Source: Amphiscolops sp. MND2022 | Lineage: Eukaryota | Assembly: GCA_964187785.1 (NCBI GenBank) | Contig: OZ076409.1 | Span: forward strand, 50,222,001 to 50,282,000 | Direction: 5' to 3' | DNA: 60,000 nt | Shown here: in pieces, positions 50,201 through 60,000 of the stretch | Layout: each line of letters starts with the position of its first letter | Position numbering within the stretch: the first letter of the stretch is position 1 | Made by a program: the position numbers and the translations under genes | The notes under the pieces: model-generated | What the model was told of the DNA's origin: nothing | What the model saw: only the letters and a program-made list of their open reading frames with translations | Database searches by the model: none

Positions 50201-53200
50201 TGTACAGAATCGAGAGAAGGTGATTCAAGCGTATATGAAGTATTTCACCATGACCCGATATGATAAAGTTGATATTGATTGTTTACTGGGAAATCTTTCA
50301 GCTAGAAGAATCAAGTGGTTATCTTTCACGCAGACACATGAAAAAAGTTCGTTAATAGCGTCTCAAAGATTAGTTCACGCTTTCTTCCGCTGGCTGCTTT
50401 TCGAAGTGGTGTCCAGAAAAGTATTTTCTGTTTTCCGAACTGAAATTGACCCTTCGAAAAGTTATAAAATTGTTTATAGTCAGAAAAATCAAGTTATGAA
50501 GTTTCAACAGAAAGCCTTATCGTTTTATTTAAAACCGCCCATGCAGCTTTATAAGCTAATAAAGAAAAAAGATACAGAAATGCTGCTGAAAGAGAAGAAA
50601 ATTCTCGGAGTTTCTAAACTGAAATTCTCAAGAAAAGGAGATGGATCGTTCAGACCTATTGTAAAACACGGCGAAGTCTGCTTCACAAAAGAATTGGACA
50701 TAAAACTGAGTGTCAATGCCAATCTTGAAAAATTGAAGCAGTTTTTCTCATTTTTGCGGCATTCCTCGGATCCTGCAGTTTCGAATGGATGCAGTATTTG
50801 TAAGGGATCTAGAGAGGACATTTTGGCTCGCAAACTGATCAGTTATTTCGAAACTGTCAAAGAACCAGTCATTTATTACGTGAAAGCAGATATTCAGAAA
50901 TGCTACGATTCCGTAGACCAGGAAAGAATGTGTAATATCGTGAATGGATTATTTGACAAAATGGATCGAGAGAAATTTGTTTATCAAAAACTTTTGCTTC
51001 TACAGGGGAAAAAGTTCAGTTTTCATGGAAAAAAAGGAAGTCAGAAGCCTAAAGTTGATGACTATTTTGTGAGATTCTCCAAAGTGATTCGGAAGCTAAG
51101 TTCGGGTGTAAATATTAAAGGTGCCAAGTGGTATGAAGATTTGGATAGGGTGTGTTCGTTGGGCAAGCACTGTGGAAAAGACGCGAAGGTTCTAGAGCTG
51201 CGACAATTTGAGAAGGAAACGATTTGCATGTCTGATTTGCGAAGATTGTGCCTGATTTTGGTAAAAAGAAATGTTGTTAAATTGGTCGGAAGTGATGTGT
51301 ACTTGTGGCAAAAGAAAGGTCTTTCACAGGGTTAGATCTGACGAAAAAAATGATAGAAAAATTAACAGCGAAAGATCCCAAAAAACGAATGATATTAGAT
51401 ACATACGCAAAAATTAAGCTGAAAATTGGTCCTGCGAAAAGTATTTATTATTTGCTATTATATTATTATTTTTAGTTAGTTATTATTAGTTTGTTATTAG
51501 TTATTGTTATTAGCTATTAGTTTGTTATTATTTGCTATTATTATTATTGCTATTGTCAATATAAAATAATTTTTTTCTGGAGAATGCAATTTTTTTCTAT
51601 AGAAGCTTCAAAGTTTTTTCATATATTTGATCTTTTCTCAGTTACTATGGCTGCTATTCTAAATGAAATTACTTATGTTGATCTAACCGTGTAATTCCCG
51701 TGAAAGGAGCCAATATTTCCTCTTTTTTGAACATGTTGTATTTGAACGAATTAGACTCCCGGTTTTTGATTCCAAAATTCCAAGCCCAAGGACTTCTGTT
51801 ACGTCATGTGGACGATTACATCTTCGTGTCAGAAAACAAAGAAATGGCCGAGAAGTTCTCCCGGATGTTTTTGGAAGGGTTCCCCTCCTTGAATTTGAAA
51901 GCCAATCCTGACAAAGTTCATATTTTTGCATCCAATGGAAGAGACACGTGCTTCATATGGTCAGGATTGAGAATCAATGTTGCCAATGGTGACATTAGTC
52001 CTGATTACAGCTCGCTTTATTCTAAAGGTAATGCATCTTCATGACGTAAATGGGTGTACTCGTTCTGGAATCCCTTGTCAGTTTAGCATTCATGTTCTAT
52101 CATTCAGTTATTGAGATTATTTAGCTTCGCGTAGCTCTTGAATTTTGATTTTCTTTCATTGCCTGAACTAATTATTTGAACTAATTTCCATTTGATTCGC
52201 GTAATCGAAAAAAAATGGTGTTGCGATGTTTTGTCACTAAATACTTGACTGTTGAGCGAAGTTTACTGTTATAGTAGCTATTTGGCATAGTATACTGAAG
52301 TTCAATTTCCCAACTTTGTGACCTCAAAGTCTTGAAGATCTAAATTTGTTTTTTAAATGGAATTAATCTCAATACCTATTGTAATACTCAGAACATTTTT
52401 TTCTATGCAGTTCTTCATTAATCTGGAAAGACCCTGAGTTGTAAGTATTTTCTTTTGTAGGTATAAAATTTGAATTGAACCAGTATAGAATGACAGTGCG
52501 CGGACGATTTAATGGAACTTCGGTTCAACAGCACAAAAGAACTTCGTGAGTCCTCAGCATGTTACTCATTGAAAAAATCCTTGAAGCTTCGTTTTTGACG
52601 CTATGACATTTTCTCCGACAAAAATTGGGGTTTCGAGCCTTATGGGTATCCCTTCGAGTATTTTTTGGCACTGTGAACTTGATGAAATTTTTCACAATAG
52701 TGTCCCTTAGCATATTTTGAAGAAGAAAAATGTTTTTTTAAGCTTGAGCGGGGCGCCGACTTGGGCCGTTCCCGGCTTGTTCTTACTTAGTTGGGACCCA
52801 CCAGCCAAAAGATACAGTCCTTTCCAAACAAGAGAACCAAGTAACGGTCCGCAGTACTAAAAAACGGATCAAAGCGGCGTAAAGCTTGTCAAGCTTCAGC
52901 GCAAGATGAGGGCAAGCAGCCGTTACGACAATGACATATAACTTCGTATTTTGATTTGATTTCATAACAAAAAATGCCCTTTAATTACTGATCAAAATTT
53001 GAGTTACCCTTCTCCTGAGACTTTTTTGTTGAATGAACATAAAAGATTTCTCGCTATGAAAGTTTTCGTGAGACAAATCGACTGTCTTTAGCTTTTTGGT
53101 AGCGACTGTCTAGCAGATAATGTGCTCAAATATGGTGACAGAGACCAAACAATACCATTTAATGACAAATTGTTTTTACGATTGATTTATCTAGATTCTG

Positions 53201-53699
53201 AAAATAAATGCCCTGGTTTTGGAAACTTCGAGTGCAAATATCCACGTGAGTTCATGTCGCTCATTAAATGTTAAATTTTACAAGCAAAATATTGAATGGT
53301 ACCAGTGCTTCAATTGCACTAATCCAGGCTGGAAATAGTTCTGACTTGCCTCAAGAATGCGAGTGTTTCGTCAAACCGTTTAATGATGATATACCATGCT
53401 TTGTTAGATAATGGGCTCCGTGAGCTTGGTTATAAGTTCACGAATATAAGTTCCGTAGCACGGAATTTGAGATTGAAAAAAAAAGATCCATTCCAAAAAA
53501 TTCATCGATTTTGGTTATTTCAGTGCCATCCGTTCTCCATGGTAGAATCGGCAAACGATTGATCCAATCACGTCTGGATTTGCTGCTGCGAAACTGCGTG
53601 AAAAGAAGCTACTTTAGAAGTGGGTTCACAAGTGATGCAACCTGGCAAGACAACTGTGTTCAAGTATTGTATAAACTGGCCGACCGATCATTGACCTAG
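46775..53699 (+). CDS. TERT: Telomerase reverse transcriptase (multi-exon; 3' end uncertain)
   Basis: Exons 46775-47248, 48534-48801, 49825-51330 and 51707-52027 splice in phase via GT-AG introns (about 856 aa). TEN: NVLFNF, WKVLGD...LQLSG. TRBD/T: WLL...FRTE. Motifs 1/2: KLKFSRK..FRPIV; A: KADIQKCYDSV; B': GLSQGANISSFL; C: LRHVDDYIF; D: NPDK; E: WSGLRI. CTE-like exons at 52461-52545 and 53524-53699. Confidence 0.93.
48035..48105 (-). other. tRNA-derived module (pseudo-tRNA) in TERT intron 1
   Basis: Minus strand TGGCACAGTGGT (A box) ... GGTTCGAATC (B box), embedded in HINE-like sequence. Confidence 0.55.
48534..48801 (+). CDS. TERT: TERT exon 2 (TEN/GQ motif)
   Basis: TTCAG acceptor, IWKVLGD...CSWF...LQLSG, and a phase-1 GTAAGT donor. 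Confidence 0.85.
48919..49765 (-). mobile_element. HINE/Helentron-like element filling TERT intron 2
   Basis: Ends AACAAGCCGGGACCGGCCCAAGTCGGCGC and GCGCCGACTAAAAA, with tandem units of about 120 bp containing GAAGGGGGACCCTTTGG. Confidence 0.75.
49825..51330 (+). CDS. TERT: TERT exon 3 (TRBD, motifs T, 1, 2, A, IFD, start of B')
   Basis: 1506-nt exon inside ORF 49770-51335, with a TTCCAG acceptor and a GTTAGA donor after QG. Confidence 0.93.
51443..51556. repeat. Degenerate (TTA/TTAG)n low-complexity tract in TERT intron 3
   Basis: Seen directly. Confidence 0.8.
51707..52027 (+). CDS. TERT: TERT exon 4 (motifs B', C, D, E)
   Basis: ANISSFLNMLYL, LLLRHVDDYIFVS, NPDKV, FIWSGLRIN and DYSS. 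Confidence 0.93.
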
Positions 53700-54395
53700 A
53701 ATGAAACAAAAGTTTTTTGTCCCAATATCAGCTACCTAATATCAAAGATATCAATCAGGTTGATAAAAATGTGCAGTTCTTGTTTCCGAATAAGATTGAT
53801 GAAAGTTGCTTTCTATCATTTTCATTTTCCATGTGACCTCATTGGCTGTCTTAAGCCGGCGCCTTTTTGTAACAAAAGATGTCCGACTCTTACCGTGGCC
53901 AGTTTTTTAGTCGGCACTTTTCTTTAGAGGAGAGTCGCCTATAGTCATGGTTTTTCCTCATTTTTTTTTTGATACGTATCCGAACTTTGAGTTTATATCC
54001 ACCGGAGTAATATTCGGCGAAGTAAATTGCCGTTTTTATTATTTCTGCGATAGCAGGAATATTATTGAAACCTCAAGATGTCCACTTTTTTTCAGTAAAA
54101 TTCTTGGTATGATACTGAATAATTCAGATATTTTGTTCGGCAGTGACTGTAAGCGTGAGAATTAAATTTCTCAAGCTGCCGACGACAATTCAATTCTCGT
54201 GCGATAGAACGAGCGAGTGGTAATTGTGCATTCGTACGCTGACGTCATTGAGATGAAGCGAATGAGTGTTAATTATTCGTTCTCGGAGAGCTTCGCCTGC
54301 ATTCAAATGCGAATACGAAACTTCGTCTACGCTTAGTAGTTATATTTGCTTTAGTCAGAGATTTAAAGGCGGTATAAACTGGTTCCGTGATTAAT

Positions 54396-54708
54396 GATTA
54401 CGTACCAAATAACATAAGAGCAAATAACTTGAAAACAAAACTTCTTTCAAATAACAAAATAGAAATTAGTTTCAAATAACAAAAATAAAACCGAATAACC
54501 GGTTAAACAATCGAACTCAGAAAATTTTATATGTAATTTGCACACTTTTTTCAGTGAATCTTTTGAATTGTGAGTGCTTTTGACCACTAAAATTTTCTCG
54601 TAAACAATTTTATTTTTATGTTAAGTGAAACTCATTTCATTTTTATGTTATTTGAAACTAATTTCTGTTTTATGTTATTTGCTCTTATGTTATGTGGGAA
54701 TTCACCTC
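54396..54708. mobile_element. 313-bp MITE nested in the 500-bp repeat
   Basis: Subterminal IRs ATAACATAAGAGCAAATAAC and GTTATTTGCTCTTATGTTAT. ATTAAT is duplicated on both sides, whereas the empty copy at about 30921 has a single ATTAAT. Confidence 0.8.
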
Positions 54709-54800
54709 ATTAATTAAGCGCTAAATAATGATTAAACAGGAGTGTATTGGTATTCCAGGTATGATTCTATTATTAATGAAAGATTGAAGCAGAAATAATA

Positions 54801-55549
54801 GTGTGCCCCGGAGGGGCCTATTGTACTAAGGAGGAGACAGGAGTTCGAAAATAATGCTCTATTACCGAATTTGCTTTTTTAAGGCAAGCGAACCGGCAGG
54901 TTTCTTTGAGCATTTCTATAAGATAGGGTCTTCTCACTGCCACTTGGCCTAGTGGTTAACGCAGATTTCCTGTCTCGGTGGCGAGGTCTGAGAATCAGGA
55001 GTACGTGTGTTCGAGTCTCCCACTAAACCAAAAAAGTTTTGTTTGCAGAAGTAGGGGAAGACCAAAGGGTCCTCGTTAGGTTTTTTTGGTACTATGCGAC
55101 TTTTTTTCTAAAATTACTTCAATCGAAATGATTTAGTTTTAGCCCCCTTCTGATGCTCAGAAGGAACAAAGTGTTTTGCGAGCATTTAGAACCACCTTAA
55201 GTTTTTTCGACACAATGCGATTTTCAAAAGATTTTTACACTTCCGATAAGCAAGTATCATGAAAAAGTACGGGTGTTTTTTTTCCGCGCGACAACTAGTT
55301 TCAGCCGGCAATGGCACAGTTCAAGCGTTCGTGCTCTAGTGGTAAGATGCTTGCTTTTCAACCCAGAGGTTGCGTCTTCGAACCTGTGCGTAGGCGCTAA
55401 TTGTTTGACAAGCATTCCGGAGCAGAAGTGTCCCTCTTTCCACTTTTTTCGGCACAAAAGACACCCCTTTTTGGCTTTGTGAGACTTTGTTTCGTGAAAT
55501 TTTTAAATGTCTCCATAGGGTCCTCTTCAATTTTTTGACATTTTGCAAC
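54801..55549. repeat. Repeat of about 750 bp near-identical to 59252-60000 (offset 4451), carrying two tRNA-like modules
   Basis: Identical translated ORFs at 55257-55457 and 59708-59908. A/B-box-like motifs at about 54945-55020 and 55330-55385. Confidence 0.92.
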
Positions 55550-56818
55550 AGAATGGATGTTTAAAAATCTCAAAGGGTACCCCTTTTACAGTTTTCGGCT
55601 TTATGAGATTTTTCAAAATGAAAATTTTGCGTCTTAAAATTTGGTTTTCTCAGACCCAGCACGCTATATCCGAATGTTTTCTTTCGAAAGACCGGCGTTT
55701 TTTTTCTATGCGACTTTTTCTAATTTGTTTCCATCGAAGCCCCCCTTAGTTTTTACTAGAAACGAAACTTTTTGCGAGCACGAAGGACTCCTTAGGGTTT
55801 ACGGCACTATGCGACTTACCGGAAACCTTCATAAAAAAAATTGAAAAAAATGCGAAAACATTTCGATACATATGCCGCAACGAACTATCAAGATCCTGCT
55901 AGTTCGATTGATAGCCAATAAAAACGCGTTATATCAGCTACGCGTTCATTACAGTGCACAGGCAAGCTATTTTGCTGCTTTTCGTGGAATCCGGGACACG
56001 AAAATTGAGAAAAGTCGTGGAATCCAGGACAAAATATCTCTTTGATGTGCTTTGAGCAAATTTAGCTTGCCTGTGCACTGTAATGTTACGAGTAGAAGTA
56101 GAAACCAGTAGCTTGTTACACTGTGTGATTTGGCGTTACGCGTAGTGATCGAAATACAGCAAATGACAACTTTACACTTTCTACAATTACGTACCGTGAC
56201 TGGTTTCTACTTTACACACGAATGGAAGCATCGTTTGGAGATGTTTTTACTCACGTTGTGTACCGAAATTCTTTACTGGTTTCCATTTTTCTCTAATTAC
56301 ACTCAATGATCACAATCCACACTTTCTGATTACACTGTGCATCACAATCCGCATTGAACACGACGCACTGTTTGACTAGAATACGGTTCGCTCTCGTTTA
56401 ACGGAAAATACACTTTACACTTGATGATAAATTCCACTTTTACGGCGTATGTATCGTAATGAACTTTTTTCAGTTTGTTTTTTTCAAAGGTTTTCGGTGG
56501 AGGAGAAAGATGGGTTTTTTGCTGTTTCCAGTTGGGGAAAATGGTTTTCGAGTCTTACGCGTATCCCTTCTGGTATTATTTGGCATCTTTAGGGCACCGA
56601 CTTGAACTGTTTCCGACTTTTGGAACAATCATTTCTTGACATTAGAAGCAGAAAGTGGAAATTGACTTTAGTCAAAGAATTCAATGGCATAGTATCATAG
56701 CATGGCAGAGAAAAATTTGGTTAAGGTCCGAAAATTGAATTGTTTTTGGAAATATTTTTTTAGGAATTGAAATAAAGTAAAATTTTAACAATAGTGTCCT
56801 GCATATATTAAAAACTAC

Positions 56819-57350
56819 TTTTTAGTCGGCGCATTTTAGTAGAAAATGTGCCCGACTATTACAGTGGGTAGTTTTTTTTAGACACGAAAGGTCCTCTTTT
56901 TGGTTCATTTGTTCAACAACCTCAAACTTCAACCACTTCAAACCTCAACAACTCCAACCTCAGAAGCGCGTCCAAAACGAAACGAAAAAACAAAACAGAC
57001 GTCCACAACCTCGAAAACACACCTTAGCCCCACTTTTTTTCAGCACTTTTTTTTGAAGTTTTTTGGATTGCACCAGAGGGTCCCCCTTCATTTGTTTCGA
57101 TATTTTGCAACACAATGGATGTCAAAAAATCGCAAAGGGTCCCCCTTTTACATTTTTTGGCACTGTGACACTGTTCAAAAATCTCAGTAAAAAATTTTTT
57201 TGGGAAATTTTTTCATGTCTCCAAAGGGTCCCCCCTTCAATTTTTTTCAAATTTTTTGCAACCAGCTGGAGTTTCACGAAGCCCGAAGGGTCCCCCTTTT
57301 AAATTTTGAGCCTTAGATATGGCGCCGACTTTGGCCGTTCTCGGCTTGTT
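56819..57350 (+). mobile_element. HINE/Helentron-like element
   Basis: TTTTTAGTCGGCGC ... GCGCCGACTTTGGCCGTTCTCGGCTTGTT. Confidence 0.7.
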
Positions 57351-57863
57351 TATTATTTCTGCGATAGCATGAATAATATAGGAATCTGAAAAATGCACTT
57401 TTTTCATATTTCATCCGACTTTTGTTGGCGATCCGAGTACATACTGAAAAAAAAATAATCAGCAGGGAGTGTAAGCGTGAGATTTTAATTTCTCAAGCTG
57501 CCGACGACAAGTCGTTTTAGTGCGATGAAACGAGCGAGCTTTATTTATGCATTCGTACGCCGAATTCATTGAGATGAAGCGTGCGAATGTTGGTAATTAC
57601 TTTCCTACGCCGGGTTATTGAGACGAAGCAAACGAGTGTTTTTTGTTCGTTCGCCGAAAACTTCGCCTGCTTTCAAATGCGGATGCGAAACTTCATACAC
57701 GCTCAGTGATTAAATATTCTTTAGTCAGAGAAGAATCAAAGGCGGTGTAAACTGGATCAATTGCGCGCTATATAATAGTTAAACAGGAATGTTTAAATTC
57801 TCCAGATATGCTTCTTTCATTGAACATGAAAGCCTAAAATCAGAAATAATGCTGGGCCTTATG

Positions 57864-58349
57864 TTAGTCGGCACTTTTATAAAGAAAAGAGCCCGACTAT
57901 TACAGTCACTTGTTTTTTTATTATTTTTTTTTATTTAAGACAGACTCGAAGCGACGAACGTTAACGTTCAACTAAAGAAAACGAAATACCAGGGAAACGC
58001 ATGTAAATTATTCCAAAGGATCCCCCCTTTGGTTTTTTACTTTTTAAACGTTACCTACAAGCCCGGACGGGACTAAAGGGTCCCCTTTCGATTTTTTTCG
58101 GCACTGTGCGACTTTTTTCCGAAATTTTTTTAATGTCCCCAAAGGGTCCCCCCTTTGAGTTTTTTGTTATTTTGCTACAGAATGCGTGTTTATAAATCAA
58201 AAAGGGTCCCCCCTTTTACATTTTTCGGCACTGTGCGACATTTTCCGAAAGAAAAAACTTTTTGAAAATTTCAAGTTTTTTCCCAAAAAAATATATTGCG
58301 CTTTTTGAGCCTTAGATATAGCGCCGTCTTGAGACGTTCCCGTCTTGTT
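57864..58349 (+). mobile_element. HINE/Helentron-like element
   Basis: TTAGTCGGCAC ... GCGCCGTCTTGAGACGTTCCCGTCTTGTT, with AAAGGGTCCCCC repeats. Confidence 0.68.
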
Positions 58350-60000
58350 GAACCTTGCGAGGGGCGCCGACTTTTGCTGTTCATGGTTTGTTTTAAATTG
58401 ATCAAAGAGTAGAAAATTTGTCCGACTCCTTAAGCCCTATTTCTCCATATGGTATTGCTTATTTGATTTTCTGTTCAAAAGTTCGCAACTTTCTTTTCGT
58501 TTTGCGAGCTTAAATTTTCCGATCCTTTTCTGACACTATGAGACTTATTCCCGACAAAAACGTTTGAAAAAAATAATTTTTATAAAATCGTTTTTTTTGC
58601 GTGTGTTTCCAGTTGGCAAAAAGTGGTTTCCGAGTTTTCTGCGTATCCCTTCGGGTATTTTTGGCATTGAGAAATCGATAAAAGTATAAAAAACAGTGTC
58701 TTTTGTATATTTAAAAAATTTGAAACTTGAGCGGGGGCTGACTTGGGTCAGCTCCGGCTTGTTCCTTTTTCGTCAGACCAATTATCAAACAGAGTAGTCA
58801 ATTTTTTTAACAGACTTTGTTCACGCAATTTGGCCTTTTGGTTAGGACGTGTGCGATTTGAATCACGAACAGGAATAAAAATGTTTTGTTAGCAAATCTT
58901 GGCGGAATCAAGGTGTATCCATTTGGGTTCTTTTTGGGCACTGAGACGTTTTTCGGAAAGTTGGAATTTTTCACCAACTTTGGTTTTTCTGATGCTTTCG
59001 GTTAAAGAAAAGCGTTTTGCGAGCCCAAAGGGTTCCTTTTTGGATTTTTTCGACCAAACTTTTATTTGATGTTTCCAGAGAAGCGTTCCCTGAGGCCACA
59101 TTACACTTTTGGGTTTCGGAACTCAAATTACGAGAGTTTCTTAGAATCCACCCTGAGCACATTTATAAGACTCTGCGCTTTTTGAGCCTTAAGCGAGCGC
59201 AGGCTTGAGACGTTCTCGTCTTGTTTCCCATCTAAAATAGCTTTTTTAATGGTGTGTCCCGGGGGGGCCTATTGTACTAAGGAGGAGACAGGGTTTCGAA
59301 AATAATGCTCTATTACCGAATTTGGTTTTTTAAGGCAAGCGAACTGGCAGGTTTCTTTGAGCATTTCTATAAGATAGGGTCTTCTCACTGCCACTTGGCC
59401 TAGTGGTTAACGCAGATTTCCTGTCTCGGTGGCGAGGTCTGAGAATCAGGAGTACGTGTGTTCGAGTCTCCCACTAAACCAAAAAAGTTTTGTTTGCAGA
59501 AGTAGGGGAAGACCAAAGGGTCCTCGTTAGGTTTTTTTGGCACTATGCGACTTTTTTTCTGAAATTACTTCAATCGAAATGATTTAGTTTTAGCCCCCTT
59601 CTGATGCTCAGAAAGAACAAAGTGTTTTGCGAGCATTAAGAACCACCTTAAGTTTTTTCGACACAATGCGATTTTCAAAAGATTTTTACACTTCCGATAA
59701 GCAAGTATCATGAAAAAGTACGGGTGTTTTTTTTCCGCGCGACAACTAGTTTCAGCCGGCAATGGCACAGTTCAAGCGTTCGTGCTCTAGTGGTAAGATG
59801 CTTGCTTTTCAACCCAGAGGTTGCGTCTTCGAACCTGTGCGTAGGCGCTAATTGTTTGACAAGCATTCCGGAGCAGAAGTGTCCCTCTTTCCACTTTTTT
59901 CGGCACAAAAGACACCCCTTTTTGGCTTTGTGAGACTTTGTTTCGTGAAATTTTTAAATGTCTCCATAGGGTCCTCTTCAATTTTTTGACATTTTGCAAC

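Noticed and set aside
49770..52044. RT ORFs as another retroelement (Penelope or LINE)
   Set aside because: The spliced structure, TEN/TRBD/T motifs, large IFD and WxG motif E identify TERT.
52411..52440. AG/GT-bounded 30-nt TERT microexon
   Set aside because: It has a stop in the required phase and would leave a 20-nt intron.
54945..55390. tRNA-like segments (also 21255, 42045, 48035) as functional tRNA genes
   Set aside because: A/B boxes are present but the cloverleaf stems do not close, and the segments are embedded in repeats.

Overview
AT-rich, intron-containing animal genomic DNA, densely filled with transposons. The repeat families and a spliced-leader-like sequence suggest an acoel such as Symsagittifera, but this is inference. 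I could reconstruct three host genes exon by exon: a secreted CAP/SCP-domain gene (minus, 11179-15625), an SNX5/6-like PX-BAR sorting nexin (plus, 25977-39190) and telomerase reverse transcriptase TERT (plus, from 46775; TEN, TRBD and RT motifs clear, 3' end uncertain near 53.7 kb). Two weaker gene candidates lie at about 6.5-9.7 kb (plus) and head-to-head with TERT (minus, about 39.8-45.6 kb). Mobile DNA comprises a decayed Gypsy element, a 5'-truncated BEL/Pao element, a near-intact CR1-group LINE, LINE and CRE-like fragments, an internally deleted hAT element, several MITEs, tRNA-derived modules and many Helentron-like non-autonomous (HINE) repeats. The most striking observation is the LINE copy at 22240-25609. 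It is bounded by a GGATA target-site duplication, starts with a 35-nt sequence matching my recollection of the acoel trans-spliced leader, and has ORF1 fused in frame to ORF2. It therefore looks like a retrocopy of an SL-trans-spliced, internally processed LINE mRNA.
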